Assembly: GCF_006345805.1 (NCBI RefSeq)
Contig: NC_043003.1
Location: 35,464,001 to 35,528,000 of the forward strand
Direction of reading: 5' to 3'
DNA: 64,000 bases
Source of the DNA: Octopus sinensis
Lineage: Eukaryota
Of the stretch, positions 41,336 to 54,802 are shown piece after piece. Under the pieces are notes generated by a model. That model had not been told where the DNA came from. It worked only from the letters and a program-made list of their open reading frames with translations, and made no database searches. Positions within the stretch are counted from its first letter, which is position 1, and each line of letters begins with the position of its first letter. Position numbers and translations under genes: made by a program.

Positions 41336-41789
41336 ATAATGACAGTTATGGTGTTGGTAGTGGTGGATGTGGTGGTGGTGGTGGTGGTGGTGGTAGAGGT
41401 TGTGATGGTGTTGGTGTTGGTGTTGGTATTGGTGGTGGTAATGATGCTGATGCTGAGGATAATGATGATGATGATGGTCATAGAAACAATTTTGACAAAG
41501 ACTGGTGATGTGTAACAAAACAATCCTATCTACTCTTGAACTTTGAAGCCGTATGTAAAGAGAAAATATTTGTACTTTTTCCTCATACAGTTTGAGGAGG
41601 AGAGGAATGTCTGTTGCATGCTTTCTAAAAAGCTAAGAAAAAATATATGGCATAAACTATCTCTGTCTTCCCTCGTGCTGAAATAGTATAGGCTTGTGTC
41701 GTACAAACTGTCCAAATATCTCAATTATTGACATTGCTAGCAATATCAACCCGTGACAGGCATTAATCCAGTGAATTTCAAGTACAATA

Positions 41790-42700
41790 TGGGCAAATTG
41801 AAGAAGCAGGAAAGACTTCATGTGTTCATTGACGTTGGTTCAGACTTACATAATATTATTGACATCAAGGATCTTCTTATTGGTTGCTGTAACATCTGAC
41901 TCATATATGACGGATTTAATCCCATATCACTGGTCGAGTAGACAGGTTCTTGGGTTTCAACAGTTACAACTGGGAGCGGGCTCTTGGTTTTGTTCTATTG
42001 TAGTGATGATTTTCATACTGGGTCAGGAGCTATATGATAATTTCACTGAGCTCCTGTTAAATACTTTCCTGTACCTGTAACAAATGTTTCTCTAGAAGAA
42101 ACAGGATTTTTTTTTACCTTTTACATGTTAGCTTTTACATGAAAGGACAAAGAGGAGGGGCAAAACATTATTAGGTCTAATATTATTATTCCTATTACTA
42201 TTACTATTAGAGGCTATGACATTGTTGCAGTAGTGGTCTACCTTCTCGAACATTTCTGTAGTCGATGTGAGGTTCGATACTCTGTTACTAATATTTCTAG
42301 CAATTTTTTCAATACTACAGAGGGGAGGGTGACAATAATGTTTATATATATAGGAAAGTTTCTCGTTGGCCTTATGGTAAGGTTTATAAGAGGAGGAGTT
42401 TAGGTCGATGGAAATATTTAAAAAAATGAACTTTTGACAGATAAGTAGCGACTGTGATTATAAGGCCTAATTAACTGAAGGTACAGGTAAGTAGATTCCT
42501 AAATTTATCTAACTTTCCTGAATGTATCTAAGGTGTGACCAGCACAGCCATGGAAAATACCCAATCCATCGCCTTGGTATAGATAACGTCGTGAGTTGGG
42601 TACATTGATCTCAATGTATTTAATACAAAGAGACCCAAGCGATGGCGAATGTCAGCACTATCTGGATATGTTCTGAGTTCTTTCAGCTACGCATAGCTAA
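41790..42700 (-). mobile_element. Penelope-like retroelement ORF fragment (RT end, linker, GIY-YIG start), degenerate
   Basis: Minus-strand peptides: LYQGDGL (YRDD-like), IDLNSSSYKPYHKANEKLSYI..HPP..KIARNISNRVSNLTS, KVFNRSSVKLSYS, SCNC*NPRTCLL...SVIYESDV..NYVSL. Confidence 0.8.
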
Positions 42701-43528
42701 CATTTATTGCACACACGTACACAGATACACATGGATACACAGAATGCAAAATATGTATGTTACGTGAGCATCATTAAACCCTTAAGCCATTAAACGTGAA
42801 ACGGTAATAGCAACAGAGTTTCAACTAAGCCCTATGGTAAATGTCTACGCTCTAATTTTGCATTAGGTACACCTCTCGTTATAAAATCCAATGTATAAAT
42901 GTACACAAACACAAGCTTAAAAATATATGCACATGAACACATACATGTAGCAACATGTAAGCAGACACTCATACAAAGACACGCATACGCATGTGTATGA
43001 TATTTATAAATGACGACTAGAAGTAAAATCGTTTGCCTTATGGGTGCCTAACAAATCATCATTTACTACGTGATTATTATGTACACAGGGATGTACGTAC
43101 TCTTGCATACATCAGCATATCACTCCGTATTTCAGACTTTGATATATATATATGTGTGTGTGTGTGTGTTTGTGTGTGTGGGTGTGTGTATGTGCGTGTG
43201 TGTGTACGTGTGTGTGTATACATATATATAAATATATATATAAACACACATATAAATATGTATATATATATATATAAACATATGTACATATATACATATT
43301 TATGCATGTGCATACATATGTATCTATATATGTACCTCAAAGATACATATATATATATATATACACATATATATATGTGTGTATAACTTGATTTATATAT
43401 AGATTTTTTCGTAAATATGTTCCTTTTCATATTATGCATATCTATCTAAATGTATACACTCATGCATACGCTTGTAGATACACACACAGACACGCACAGA
43501 CACACACACACATACACACATACACACA

Positions 43529-43529
<1 letters not shown>

Positions 43530-43586
<57 letters not shown>

Positions 43587-43625
43587 TATATATATATATA
43601 TATATATATATAGATAGATAGATAG

Positions 43626-43722
<97 letters not shown>

Positions 43723-43972
43723 TGTGTATCCATATCTGTTCAATTAAGAGTGTATTCAAATGCATGGTTAGATTTGTTATTGAAACAGTAAACTGCAGCA
43801 ATATACATCAAATTTATAATTCAAACTGATTTCTCTTGTGGTTTGTGCGATATTATAACTATCATATATAGTATATTTTCATTACTCTTACTCTTGCTGC
43901 TTTAGCATAAACTGAATCAACAAAAGCAATAGCAACTCATGTAACGAAAACAGCATCATACAACACAAAATT

Positions 43973-44057
<85 letters not shown>

Positions 44058-44059
44058 TA

Positions 44060-44090
<31 letters not shown>

Positions 44091-44170
44091 AATAATAATA
44101 ATAATGATAATAATAATAATAATAATAACAACAACAACAATAATAATAACAACAACAACAATAATAATAA
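43530..44170. repeat. (TA)n, (GATA)n, (CTA)n, (AAT)n and (AAC)n microsatellites
   Basis: Directly visible. Further (GATA)n tracts at 54070-54290 and 55240-55300. Confidence 0.95.
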
Positions 44171-44707
44171 AAACAAAAACGATAAGAATAATTTTAAAAT
44201 AGCATTAAGTTATTAATAATAAACACATATTCTACACAATCACCACCCAATAAAATAACGCAGCACATATTTCTATATAATCAACACCCAATACTATAAC
44301 ACGTCGCGCATATTATAAGCCAACAGGCAATAAAACTCATATTCTTTCCAGTCAATAACATAACGAAACCCACACCGTACGCAGTCGACACAATTTCCGC
44401 TCAAAGCTATAAAACATAACACATTTTACTCAACGCAAACACTACCCAGCTCTGGAACTCGTATGACATAGCACATCTTGAATACAACAAACAGAAGGAA
44501 TACATGCTAAAAATAGAAATACCAATTTCAGGCCCCCACCAAAAGATCTCTTCAAGCCAATCTGGAACAGATGAGTGACTTTCATAGTGGAGGAAAAACA
44601 TCATGTATAAGTATTGAAAAGAAACAGAGCAATAATAATTGTTTGAAAGACTAGCACAATGCCAGTAGTTTCGAAGGACATGGGTGGTCGAGTATATTGA
44701 CCCCAAT

Positions 44708-45160
44708 AAGGGCGGTGAGCAGCGAGAATCGTTTGCACGCCAGCAGTTTCGGAGGCGATAGGTGGTCGAGTATATTGACCACAATAAGGGCGGTGAGCAG
44801 GTAGAAACGTTAGCACGCCGGGCGAAATGCTTACCAGTATTTCGTCTGTCTTTACGTTCTGAGTTCAAATTACACCGAGGTCGACTTTGCCTTTCATCCT
44901 TTTGGGGTCGATTAAATAAGTACCAGTTGTCTGTCCTTGTTTGTCCTCTCTGTGTTTAGCCCCTTGTGGGTAGTAAAGAAATAGATATTTCGTCGGTCGT
45001 TACGTTCTGAGATCAAATTCCGCCGAGGTCGCCTTTGCCTTTCATCCTTTCGGGGTCGATTAAATAAGTACCAGTTACGCACTGGGGTCGATGTAATCGA
45101 CTTAATCCTGTTGTCCTTACTGTCCCCTCTATGTTTAGCCCCTTGTGGGCAATAAAGAAA
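44708..45160 (+). mobile_element. SINE family C with a 15-bp TSD and internal tandem duplications
   Basis: Head aagggcggtgagc.g.agaa.cgtt.gcacgcc, B-box GAGTTCAAATT, tail gccccttgtgggcaataaagaaa. TSD tatattgaccccaat (44693-44707) / tatgttgaccctaat (45161-45175). Confidence 0.88.
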
Positions 45161-45688
45161 TATGTTGACCCTAATGTTCAACTGATTTCCGTTTTATTGA
45201 CCCTGAAAAGATGTAAAGTAAAATCGAACTCGACGAAAGTGGAAACACCACAAAATATTTTGCCCCGCGTACTAATGTCCCTACCAGCTGGCCGGCTTAA
45301 TATTGTTTCAAAAGTTTGGTACAGGGCTAGTGATTTCAGAGAAAGAACAAGGATAAAGGTGTTTCGGAGTCATACAGACTCATAGGTCTGGTTTCCTGGG
45401 TTCTCTGGCGTATAAAACTCCACCACGTCCCGGACGAGGGACCATCTGACGCAAGAATACACCCTTTTCCCAGTTGAGTTGACGTCCACCAAGAGATCGC
45501 CGAGCAATTCTGACATATGAAGATAAAGCTCGAAAGGGCAGACCATCTAGCGCCAGTGACTTCTCCCTTGTCATCTCGTCATCGCGTACCTTATGTCTTC
45601 GGCTGTAATCAAATTTCGCAGAACTCCGTACCCTTGCACGATGATGATGAGGAAGAGTATTACGCACTACTACTACTACTACTACCTA

Positions 45689-45720
<32 letters not shown>

Positions 45721-45790
45721 ATTACTACTACTACTACTACTACACTACTACTACTACTACTACAACTACCACTACTACTGCTGCTGCTAT

Positions 45791-45888
<98 letters not shown>

Positions 45889-45943
45889 ATAATAATAATA
45901 ATAATAATAATAATTTCCAAGAAAATTGAAGACCTCATATTCA

Positions 45944-46176
45944 GTACATTATTTACATTTGATGGATATTTGTACTCATCTTGTTTGTTGTTAACACAAC
46001 GTTTTGGCTGATATGCCCTCCAGCCTAGATCAGGTGTCTTGGGGAAATTTCGAAGTTTTCGATGTTGTTGTTGTTATTATTATTATTATTATTATTATTG
46101 TCATTTTTGGAATCGAACTCAGAATCTTAATCGAACTCGGAATCTTAATCGAACCCGGAATCTTAAGCAGTGCGCT
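45944..46176 (-). mobile_element. tRNA-headed hammerhead SINE (family D), copy with mutated ribozyme core
   Basis: The reverse complement is colinear with 56580-57067. The core reads CTGATCT..AAAA at 46038-45993. An 18-bp B-box unit is triplicated at 46111-46164. Confidence 0.85.
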
Positions 46177-46239
46177 GTATACCAGTTGGCAATTATGGAG
46201 TGAATTTTTAGGGCTTATAAATCAGTGGTGTTAGATGTT

Positions 46240-46932
46240 AACAGTTACAGAAGAATTTGAGGAGAAACAAACTTACAAGTATCTCGAAATAAATTAGGGC
46301 TCTGGCATTCAGCATGCAAGCATGAGAATGATGATCAAGAATGAATGTTACAGGAGAGTTCGAGAAGTCCTAAATTCCAAGTTAAATTTACGCAAGAAGA
46401 TGTTAGCTATATATTCCTTAGCAGTTCTGGTTGTTATTTACAGTTTCAATGTATTGATGTGGAATATGTGCGTAATAAGGAAGATTGACAAGGAAATCCG
46501 TAAGCTGCTGATTTGCAGTAAGGTGCGCTACGCAGAAGCAGATGCTCAGTGTAGTAGAGGCTTGATACAATTTGAAGTCTCTTATAGAACCACCACAACT
46601 GGGCTGGCAAAATATCCTGAAATATGTAGTAACTGGATGTTAAAGCTCGTTGAAAACTACGTGAGACGTAAGACGATTTATTCTCTTATGAAGGAGAGCA
46701 AAAAAGTTCCTATTGATTTTGTGCATAATACCCAGGTTTTAGAGCATGATGGAAGTGCGGAAACTGTAGTTGCAAAGAAGGTGAAATCAATAGCAAAACA
46801 AAATGCGTTTGAACAATTGGCTGATGGGTGGGAACAAAAACCTTCGCATGGCAAATAAGCGGCCCGTAGCAAACGATCTGATGTACTTCAAAAGCACACA
46901 CGTTAGTGGCTACCGAGCTCAGGGATAAAGGC
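46240..46932 (+). mobile_element. R4/Dong-clade (RLE) non-LTR retrotransposon fragment, post-RT region
   Basis: TYKYLEI...ECYRRVREVLNSKLN..KMLAIYSLAV.V..YSF...W....IDKEIRKLL...RGLIQ...WEQKPSHGK, the typical R4/Dong thumb/linker pattern. Confidence 0.8.
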
Positions 46933-46974
46933 ATATATAAATAAATAAAAATATATATATATATATATATATCT

Positions 46975-47259
46975 CACTTGATCACGTGATCGACCAGGCT
47001 ATCGATGTTGCTACACATCGCTGGTCACAATGCGTCTTCGATATTTGTTTTAGCCTTCAAATGACGCCACTCCGCTGGCTAAGCCAACAGAAGAAAGAGT
47101 GAGAGAAAGTTGTGGTGAAAGAGTACAGCAGGGATTGCCACCAACGCCTGCCGAAGCCTTGTGGAGCTTTAGGTGATTTCGCTCAATAAACACTCACAAC
47201 GCCCGGTCTGGGAATCGAAACAGCGATCCGCTACTCTTACCACTGGGCCATTCCGCCTC

Positions 47260-47260
<1 letters not shown>
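46975..47260 (-). mobile_element. tRNA-derived SINE (family B) with RTE-like body and tail
   Basis: Minus-strand head ggaggcggaaTGGCCCAGTGGtaag...GTTTCGATTCCC. Tail tgtgaccagcgatgt...ggtcgatcacgtgatcaagtga. Confidence 0.85.
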
Positions 47261-47343
<83 letters not shown>

Positions 47344-47404
47344 ATGTCAAACCATACAGTGTTACTTTAGAATACATACAATTTAGACGTGCATTATATA
47401 TGAT

Positions 47405-47545
47405 GTGATAAGAAGTTTGCTTCCCCAATCACATGGTTCCAAGATCAGACTCACTGCGTGACCATCTTGGTCAAGTGTCTTCTGCTATAGCGTCAGCCCT
47501 ACCAAAGATGGAAACTGAAGATGGAAACTGAAAGAAACCTGTCGT
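47405..47545 (+). mobile_element. SINE family A, 5' half only
   Basis: cacatggttcc...caagtgtcttctgctatagc...ggaaactgaaagaaacctgtcg, followed by (TA)n. Confidence 0.75.
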
Positions 47546-47561
47546 ATATATATATATATAT

Positions 47562-47768
47562 GTGACCGCGTGTGTACCGTTGGCGATTTTTTTATCCTCC
47601 GTCTTCCCTTCTCTGGATCTTTCCTTTTCCTATGTTTCTGACGAAGAGCTCCGCTCGAAACATAAAAGCCTCCTTCTTCCCTTCCTTCCTGAGCGTCCAA
47701 TAATACTATATTTGTTCCACGTCCTCGCGTTGTGTTTTCTCTTAGTGTTTTCATGTTTGGATTAACTT
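47562..47768 (+). mobile_element. About 200-bp hammerhead-containing interspersed repeat
   Basis: Flanked by (TA)n. Homologous to 29380-29570 and 28996-29130. Confidence 0.75.
47634..47668 (+). ncRNA. Minimal type I hammerhead motif with stem III altered (ACGT to ACAT)
   Basis: gttt CTGACGA a GAGC-tcc-GCTC GAAA cata aaag. Confidence 0.6.
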
Positions 47769-47803
<35 letters not shown>

Positions 47804-47994
47804 TTTATATATATATACATATGTGATTCTTCTTTTTTATTATTATTTAATGTTAAGCCAATGTTATTTGAAATGTAACCTTTACAGACGTGTCTGTATG
47901 CATGTGTGTGTGTATGTGTGTGTGCGCGCGCATGTAGCTGTCTTGAACTATGTCGTATTCTTTTGGAGTGGGGATCAGATTGTGAAAATGACAT

Positions 47995-48770
47995 TATTTT
48001 GGTGTCTTTTGTGTCATATGATTATATTCTTTCCTTCTGTTTATAGTATGATTCGGGGGTAACTGGGCAATAATTATATGCGCTCGATGGGGAACAAATT
48101 TCAGACTCTTTCTGTTACGCTGTCTATTATTTCGCATTTTATATTTTAATCGCATGGCTTTCTTTCAACTTCAGAATGACGTTTAGATTTTTGGTGGGTA
48201 GACTCTAGAGTGTGAATGTTTTGTCTATCTGTCATTGAAGATCCCGCTAGTGAATTTCGGCTTGTCAAATTGTGATACTGAATTATTATAAAATATCTTT
48301 GTTCTGTAATCTATAAAACAGACGCCATGTAATGACATATCCTTCTGACGCAATTGCATAAATTTGCCGAAACTTTCTTTAGTGTCTTTTTGATATGTGG
48401 TTTCATAGGAGCTGTATAGTACTTCTGTTTTGGTACAGACGTAGCTACATCAGGAATTTCTTGTGATACATAGTTTCTCTCATTTATGTTCATGATAACT
48501 AGTGTTAAGAAGGTATGTATTACCTATTTTTCTTGGATGAAGTTGCTCTTTTTATATTTTGTGCTGTCTTAGCCTAAGTATTGCTATTTCTCTTTGAATC
48601 CACTTGATTTTAAACCTTCATTATAGAACAATGTTGTTTAGTGGACGAATTCTCTGTCAGATGAATATTTTGATATTCTTACATTTGTGGATAAAGTTTT
48701 AATTATGGATGGTGGCAGAGTGGAGAATATGATTTTATATAACGATATTTCACTAAGCGTTCTCTCAATG
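47995..48770 (-). mobile_element. Penelope-like retroelement ORF fragment (linker + GIY-YIG), degenerate
   Basis: Minus strand PPSIIKTLSTNVRISKYSSDREF...YNEGLKSSGFKEK, LCNCVRRIC/LHGVC and TINRRKE, typical of PLE C-terminal regions. Confidence 0.7.
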
Positions 48771-48788
48771 CAGTGTTCAGGTACAGCG

Positions 48789-48857
<69 letters not shown>

Positions 48858-51599
48858 TACATACATACACACATATATATATATATATATCGCTTAGAAT
48901 ACTGTCAATAATAAAATTGATGACCTTAGAAGACATAAAGCATTGAAACTTGTGAATAACACTTCAACATTCACAAAAATGTATGTGTGAACCTCGCACA
49001 TATATTGCAAAACATAATGGGAAACATACCACAAAAGAATGTGAGAAAATAAAAATGTGTTATCGGGAAAAAAGGGAAATGATCCTGCAACTGAAAGAAA
49101 GAAATAAGTGACTGACCTATGAAAGTCAAGCTGGATAACATGCTTTGAACAAATAAGAGCACTTCTTCAATAAAAAGAATATATTTGAAACAAATACTAA
49201 AACTATTCTATCAGGAGATAAATAAATACAAAAAAGAAAACGGATATTGTATTGGCAAATGCCTTCAATAACAACAGAATTTCAGTCACATTGAGAGAAC
49301 ATACGTAAGGGGAATATATAGTATGATAAATATGTGGATTGGATTAGAAAGATGAAGTGGGGCACTAAAAAAAATACAACACTACAATTATATTCCCTCA
49401 AATGCTGAGGAGATTCTACCATCACAGACGAAACTAACAGTAAATAGAAGGCTCTTGAGATTGACGAAAACCCAAAGTTTCTGATGAGATTACTTCATCA
49501 TGATTCACGAAGACGCAAAACAGAATTCCATGAATAACGGTAGGGATCAAAATCAATAGATTATTACAGAGGTACTAGAGAAGAAAACAAAACATTATTT
49601 TTAAAAAGCACTAAGGGCTTCTAAATCTACACATCAATAAAGTGTTTTATTTTCTTGTTGTTTATAAGCACAGCAGCGCTCATTTAGCAAGAATATGATC
49701 AAAGACGTTTAAGCCTCAACGTTCTCGTTGTGTGCTCAGAACGACATTGTCTAATATGCTTTTCTTAATATTTTAGGGCTTCATGTATGAAAGTGTTTAT
49801 TATACTTAGTTTTGAAAAGAAAGTTCCTAGTTAGAATCCAGTCTAATATTATATATATCCATCTATTGATATAAACATCTAATGGGAGTCAAACTAATAC
49901 AATTTGTTGATATTGTTTGTCGTGTTTGTTGTTTCCCTCGGTCACTAGAAATTTATCATTATAAAAGAAACGTCAAGTGTGATAATCTCCTCCTTTTAAT
50001 GCTATGTTTGAATGCATATTTGAATGTGCCCTTCACTTTTTTTAAGCTGGTGGATGTATTGAAAATAGATTTAGCTGCTATTTACAACTGCTTAGGAACC
50101 GCTCACTAGTTCTCCTTTTTAATCGTGAATAACTGTTTATCAGCAGCTATACTCTCCTTGAGGTTAGCTATTCATTTGGAAAATAGTAATAATATATATA
50201 CCTCAGGATAAAAACGTATTGGAAATATATGTACGGAAGCAAGCAAAAAGGAAACAGCTACTCGTAAACCAATATACTATTGATGATAGCAGAAAGAGAA
50301 AGAAGTATTCAAATATGGTATGTATTGATTACCGAAATTCTTTGGCAGCATAACTCAGTTTTGGACACCGCTGGAATACACTACATAAGTAAATAAACAA
50401 AAATACTTCAGAATGTATATCAACATAAAAATATTGATATTACGAGATATAAGGAAGGAAGATCGAACCAAATCAAATCCCGATTGCTTTAACCAGATAT
50501 TTGGTCACTGACAACTAGGTTACTTCTCCAATGTCGGCCGATGTCCTAGAAATAGCGGCCAGATTTCCAGCAATCACAGCCTGTTGTCTTAGACAATAAC
50601 TGCAGATAAATAACAGTGCGTGGTCTTTGGCATGCTTGGACCTAAGCAACAATTCAGTTCTGAGATTAACGCTGGATATAGCGAAGATTTTACTCCGGAA
50701 TTTAATCTTTACAATTACCACCCTATATTCTTGTCGTTTTGAACAGTTTACCTCATTTCCAAAGGTGACGCTAGCAGAGTGACGCCTTTAGTAATCTATT
50801 ATATATCGTATGTCCTGATATCTGGTCCAGTTAGAATTAAATCAATCTCAATGGAGCCATTGACTCTGTCACAATAAGACACCACCTTCCATGTGGTACC
50901 ATGAACAGGATCTTTAACACCGTATCCTCTGAAGTTAGATGTCTGTTATAATCCTGTCCTTCTCTTCAAATGTAAAATAACCAATTCCCGAGTTAACCTG
51001 CTGAAAATGTTTTCAGTCTGCTGACAGTTGCAGTACGTCTTTACCAAGACACAGATGAGCTAGTCTAGGATGTTGAAATGAAACTCGTACAGCAACAGCA
51101 ACGTTCACTGCGGAGTTGTTTAACTATACTGCGATAGACTCAAACAACATAAAAAAACGAATGAATCGCATGCAAGAACATACATACCTCACACACGATA
51201 ACTGCACCACATTTTCCCATAGTATACTGACATACATAGAAACCATAAAAAGCATTACAGAACACGTTGTTTTAAAAAAATATTTCAAGTGAATAAGATT
51301 TCAGGAGATTATTAATAAAATATTACATAAATATTTACTTCAGGAATTGTCCAGAACGAGCCGAAATTACGGATCAACTGTCCTTTCAGGAGAATAATGA
51401 ACATATATCTTTAGAACATTCTTCCTTCACTCTTACGTAGCTTTGATCAGACTGTGTGAATATTCGGCTGGGGTTGCATTGAATAAAAGGGCCACATGAA
51501 CATCGAATATTGGTCACGAGATATAAATGTGGTGCTTCTCAGCGAGACCAGAATTGCTGTTTCATGAATCCTTATGTCCATTTCCGAGCGCTTTTAATT

Positions 51600-52900
51600 G
51601 TAAGCTTCTCAATGCCAAACGGGGGTCGAGATAAGGAGTTGTATTTTTTTGTTACGAAAAGGACTTGATATCACAATACTAACAATCTTTCTGGACCCAG
51701 AGTATAAACTGCTATTATTGGTCGCCACCATCAGTGAAGGTCATACCTTCAGGATTGGAGCAGTCTACACCAACCAGTTTCTTTTTACGCTCCAAGAAGT
51801 TTTCCAAGGTATGACATCCTCCTTATTGCTAGTAAGTAATCGGAATTACATCTTAGATAGACGCTTTGATATTCTGCAGTAAGCTTACATGAGGGGTAGA
51901 CACAAAAGCCTCGATCATCTTTTCAGATATTTCTAAATGTCTGATAGGTACCAACTAATCTTCAATATGACAAAGTGGAGCTGATGAGACTGCATCACGT
52001 CATCTAAAACGTATCTTGATAGAGCATACTGTAGGCCAGTAGATAGTGATAGCTTCGGTAGTCCAAAATTTAAGGTCGCTAAACAGACTACACATTTACT
52101 ATCAATGCGGTTGACCGAAATAATCTTCGCAGCGTAAACCAGGATCTTGAATGCTGAACGTATCATTCTAGGTACACCAAGTGTACAGAGACCAGATTAT
52201 AGAAGTCGGCACAGATGGAATAAAAGTTAACAATAAATTGTGGTTTACCAGGAAAGAGCGAGTAGAATCTGGTGATTCGATGAATTTTACAAAGGCTGTT
52301 GTTATAGATCAGAGACATACTCATAAACTTAGAAGAGGCATTTTGGAAAACGTTGCAACCGACAGGACGGCAGTGAGACTGGCCTTTGACAAGTACTTCA
52401 ATGCTAAGTACGAACTACGCGTTGACAGACGAATGAAGGCAAGAAGGAACCGAAGCCGTGAAATGAGCTCGAATAAATGTGGCGCATCGTAGCAACAATG
52501 CCACCTTTCAGTATTTGGTGTAACGTACAAGATCCCAAACAGAGGTATGAAGCTTTTTAGCAGTAATTCACACAAGTGCCCGTGACGTGTAGTGGTCTTG
52601 AACGGAGAATGAACTTCAGTGGCTGCCTTTACTGCCTACAGAGACTCTCCGTCATGGAGATGGAATAGTGGAAATCCGATGACAGCCACTCGAGATACGA
52701 GAGCAAATCAAATAGTTGAAATAGTCCACCCTACAGGCTTTAAGTTTATATGCCAGATTTATTCAGTAACATTTTGACAGCTGTCTAGCGCAAAGGGCTA
52801 GTCCTGTAAGTCAAAGAATTGTACTGGTGTTGAGAAAGAACCAGAACTAATAGAACGACATTGATAATTTTCAGACAATAATCTAAAGCACGGCAGTACT
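51600..52900 (-). mobile_element. Highly decayed CR1/Jockey-like LINE fragments
   Basis: Loose minus-strand matches to LDISKAFDRV (about 51940-51910), FADD (about 51735) and SFIP..LWN (about 52550). The order suggests more than one insertion. Confidence 0.4.
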
Positions 52901-53536
52901 CTCAGTTGAATTTGTCCGAACTCTGCGTAAAACGACCCAACAGACACCCTAGCACTCGTTCAGATCTCATATATAGGTGACTGGTAACTTTTGTCGAACA
53001 GCTATTATGGTGTACAGTACGCATCCAGATACTCTCCGTTTTCCTGTCTAAAATGTCATCTAACACCTTTCTTTGTAATGTAAAGTAAGGAGATATCTTC
53101 TGTCAAGAGTCTGCAGCAGGCAGTGTGAAGAAGGATACGGAGAGCTCTAAGTACCAGAACTTGTCTATGTGGCAAACCTTTATCAAATTTCTCAAGTACC
53201 ACTTGAAAAGGAGGGACACAATGAAATGAATAAGCATTTTCTGAACGGTCAGTGAAAAAAAAATTGTCGTTTGGGAATCGGTCAAAGGTCATTTGAATAT
53301 TCATCAGAGAGGCTGACTATCTTTAAAAGACAGGGAATTCTTGGTGTTATATGAGTTTCAATCATTCTTTTTCAGTGACTGTCCTCTTACTGGGACATTT
53401 CTAAATACATTGTAAGGTTTATATCGTGTGTGTATCCTATCAAACTCAGTCAAATTCATATTTTTTGTAAATTCTCTTTCTAATATTTTCTAACCCATCA
53501 TCCTCATATCAAAGTAAAGAAATTACAGTTATTAAT

Positions 53537-53665
53537 GTCCCCTCCTCCTCCTCCCCCTCCTCCTTCTCCTCCTCCTCCTCCTCCTTATCCTCCTCATCCT
53601 CCTCCTTCTCCTCCTCCTCCTCCTCCTCCTCCTCCTCCTCCTCATCATCATCATCATCACTACCG
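53537..53665. repeat. (CCT)n(CAT)n microsatellite
   Basis: Directly visible. It explains the poly-P and poly-R ORFs. Confidence 0.95.
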
Positions 53666-54078
53666 TCGCTGTCGTCATTTCGTAGTGTCTATATGTAAAT
53701 TTTATGTAGATATGGCGGTATAATAATACATGTGCATACAAACAATTTTTACACACAAATTCATACACAAGCATACACTCGCATATTAAAATAAATATCC
53801 GTATAAATACATGCATAAATACGTATAGAGCCGTGAATACATACCTAAAAAGAAATAACTAAGCATTTAAATACCACTTTTGCTCACAAACGTGACAGAT
53901 TTACAAGCCACGTGTTATATGTCTAAATGCTGCACTCTAACGGTTTACGTATTTATGTGCGTGTGTGAGCATGTGTATATGTATGTATATGTATATATAC
54001 ACAAACACATATAGATATATGTGTGTAAATATGTAAAAGTATATAGAGGTAAATAGATAGAAATTGAGGTAGATAGAT

Positions 54079-54154
<76 letters not shown>

Positions 54155-54157
54155 ATG

Positions 54158-54188
<31 letters not shown>

Positions 54189-54189
54189 C

Positions 54190-54278
<89 letters not shown>

Positions 54279-54802
54279 GTAGACAGATAGATATAGGCAT
54301 ATAAATATGTAACCATGTTATGTGTATTTATTGAAAAAATCTGAAAGATCGATTGGATGTCAAAAATAAAACGTGAACCGCATTGATAATATACATACAC
54401 GCATTACGTCTCTAAACGCATGTACACATAAATATATAATGACATATCTCCTTCTATAACTACAATGATACAAACACACACACGCACGCACACTCACAGT
54501 CACACACATACACAGAGGCACGAAGCAAAGTTATTTATAAATAATGTGGTCAGTCACGTGTGTGCGTGTATATAAAGATATGTTTATGTATACTATTTTC
54601 CTCAATTGTGTTCATTTGTACTAAGTTACCATTCTTTTTGTACATTTGAATTACATTTGTCCTTACTTTTCTGTCTCACCTTGCATCTCATTGCATTAAA
54701 AGCTATCTATCCACACAGATACAAACACACATATATGAATGTGTACTATATATGTGTGTATATATAAGTGCCTGTGTGTTTGTATATATATATAAATATA
54801 TA

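Larger units (their letters stand above)
41476..45645 (+). repeat. Tandem segmental duplication, copy 2, interrupted by a 2.6-kb insertion and a SINE
   Basis: Matches copy 1 as described. Breakpoints at about 41788/44355 and 44707/45161. Confidence 0.88.

Noticed and set aside
49477-49520. CTGATGA...GAAG hammerhead-like string
   Set aside because: There is no convincing stem II, and it lies in what looks like decayed LINE RT sequence.
53535-53723. Poly-proline (formin/extensin-like) ORF
   Set aside because: It is a pure (CCT)n(CAT)n microsatellite.
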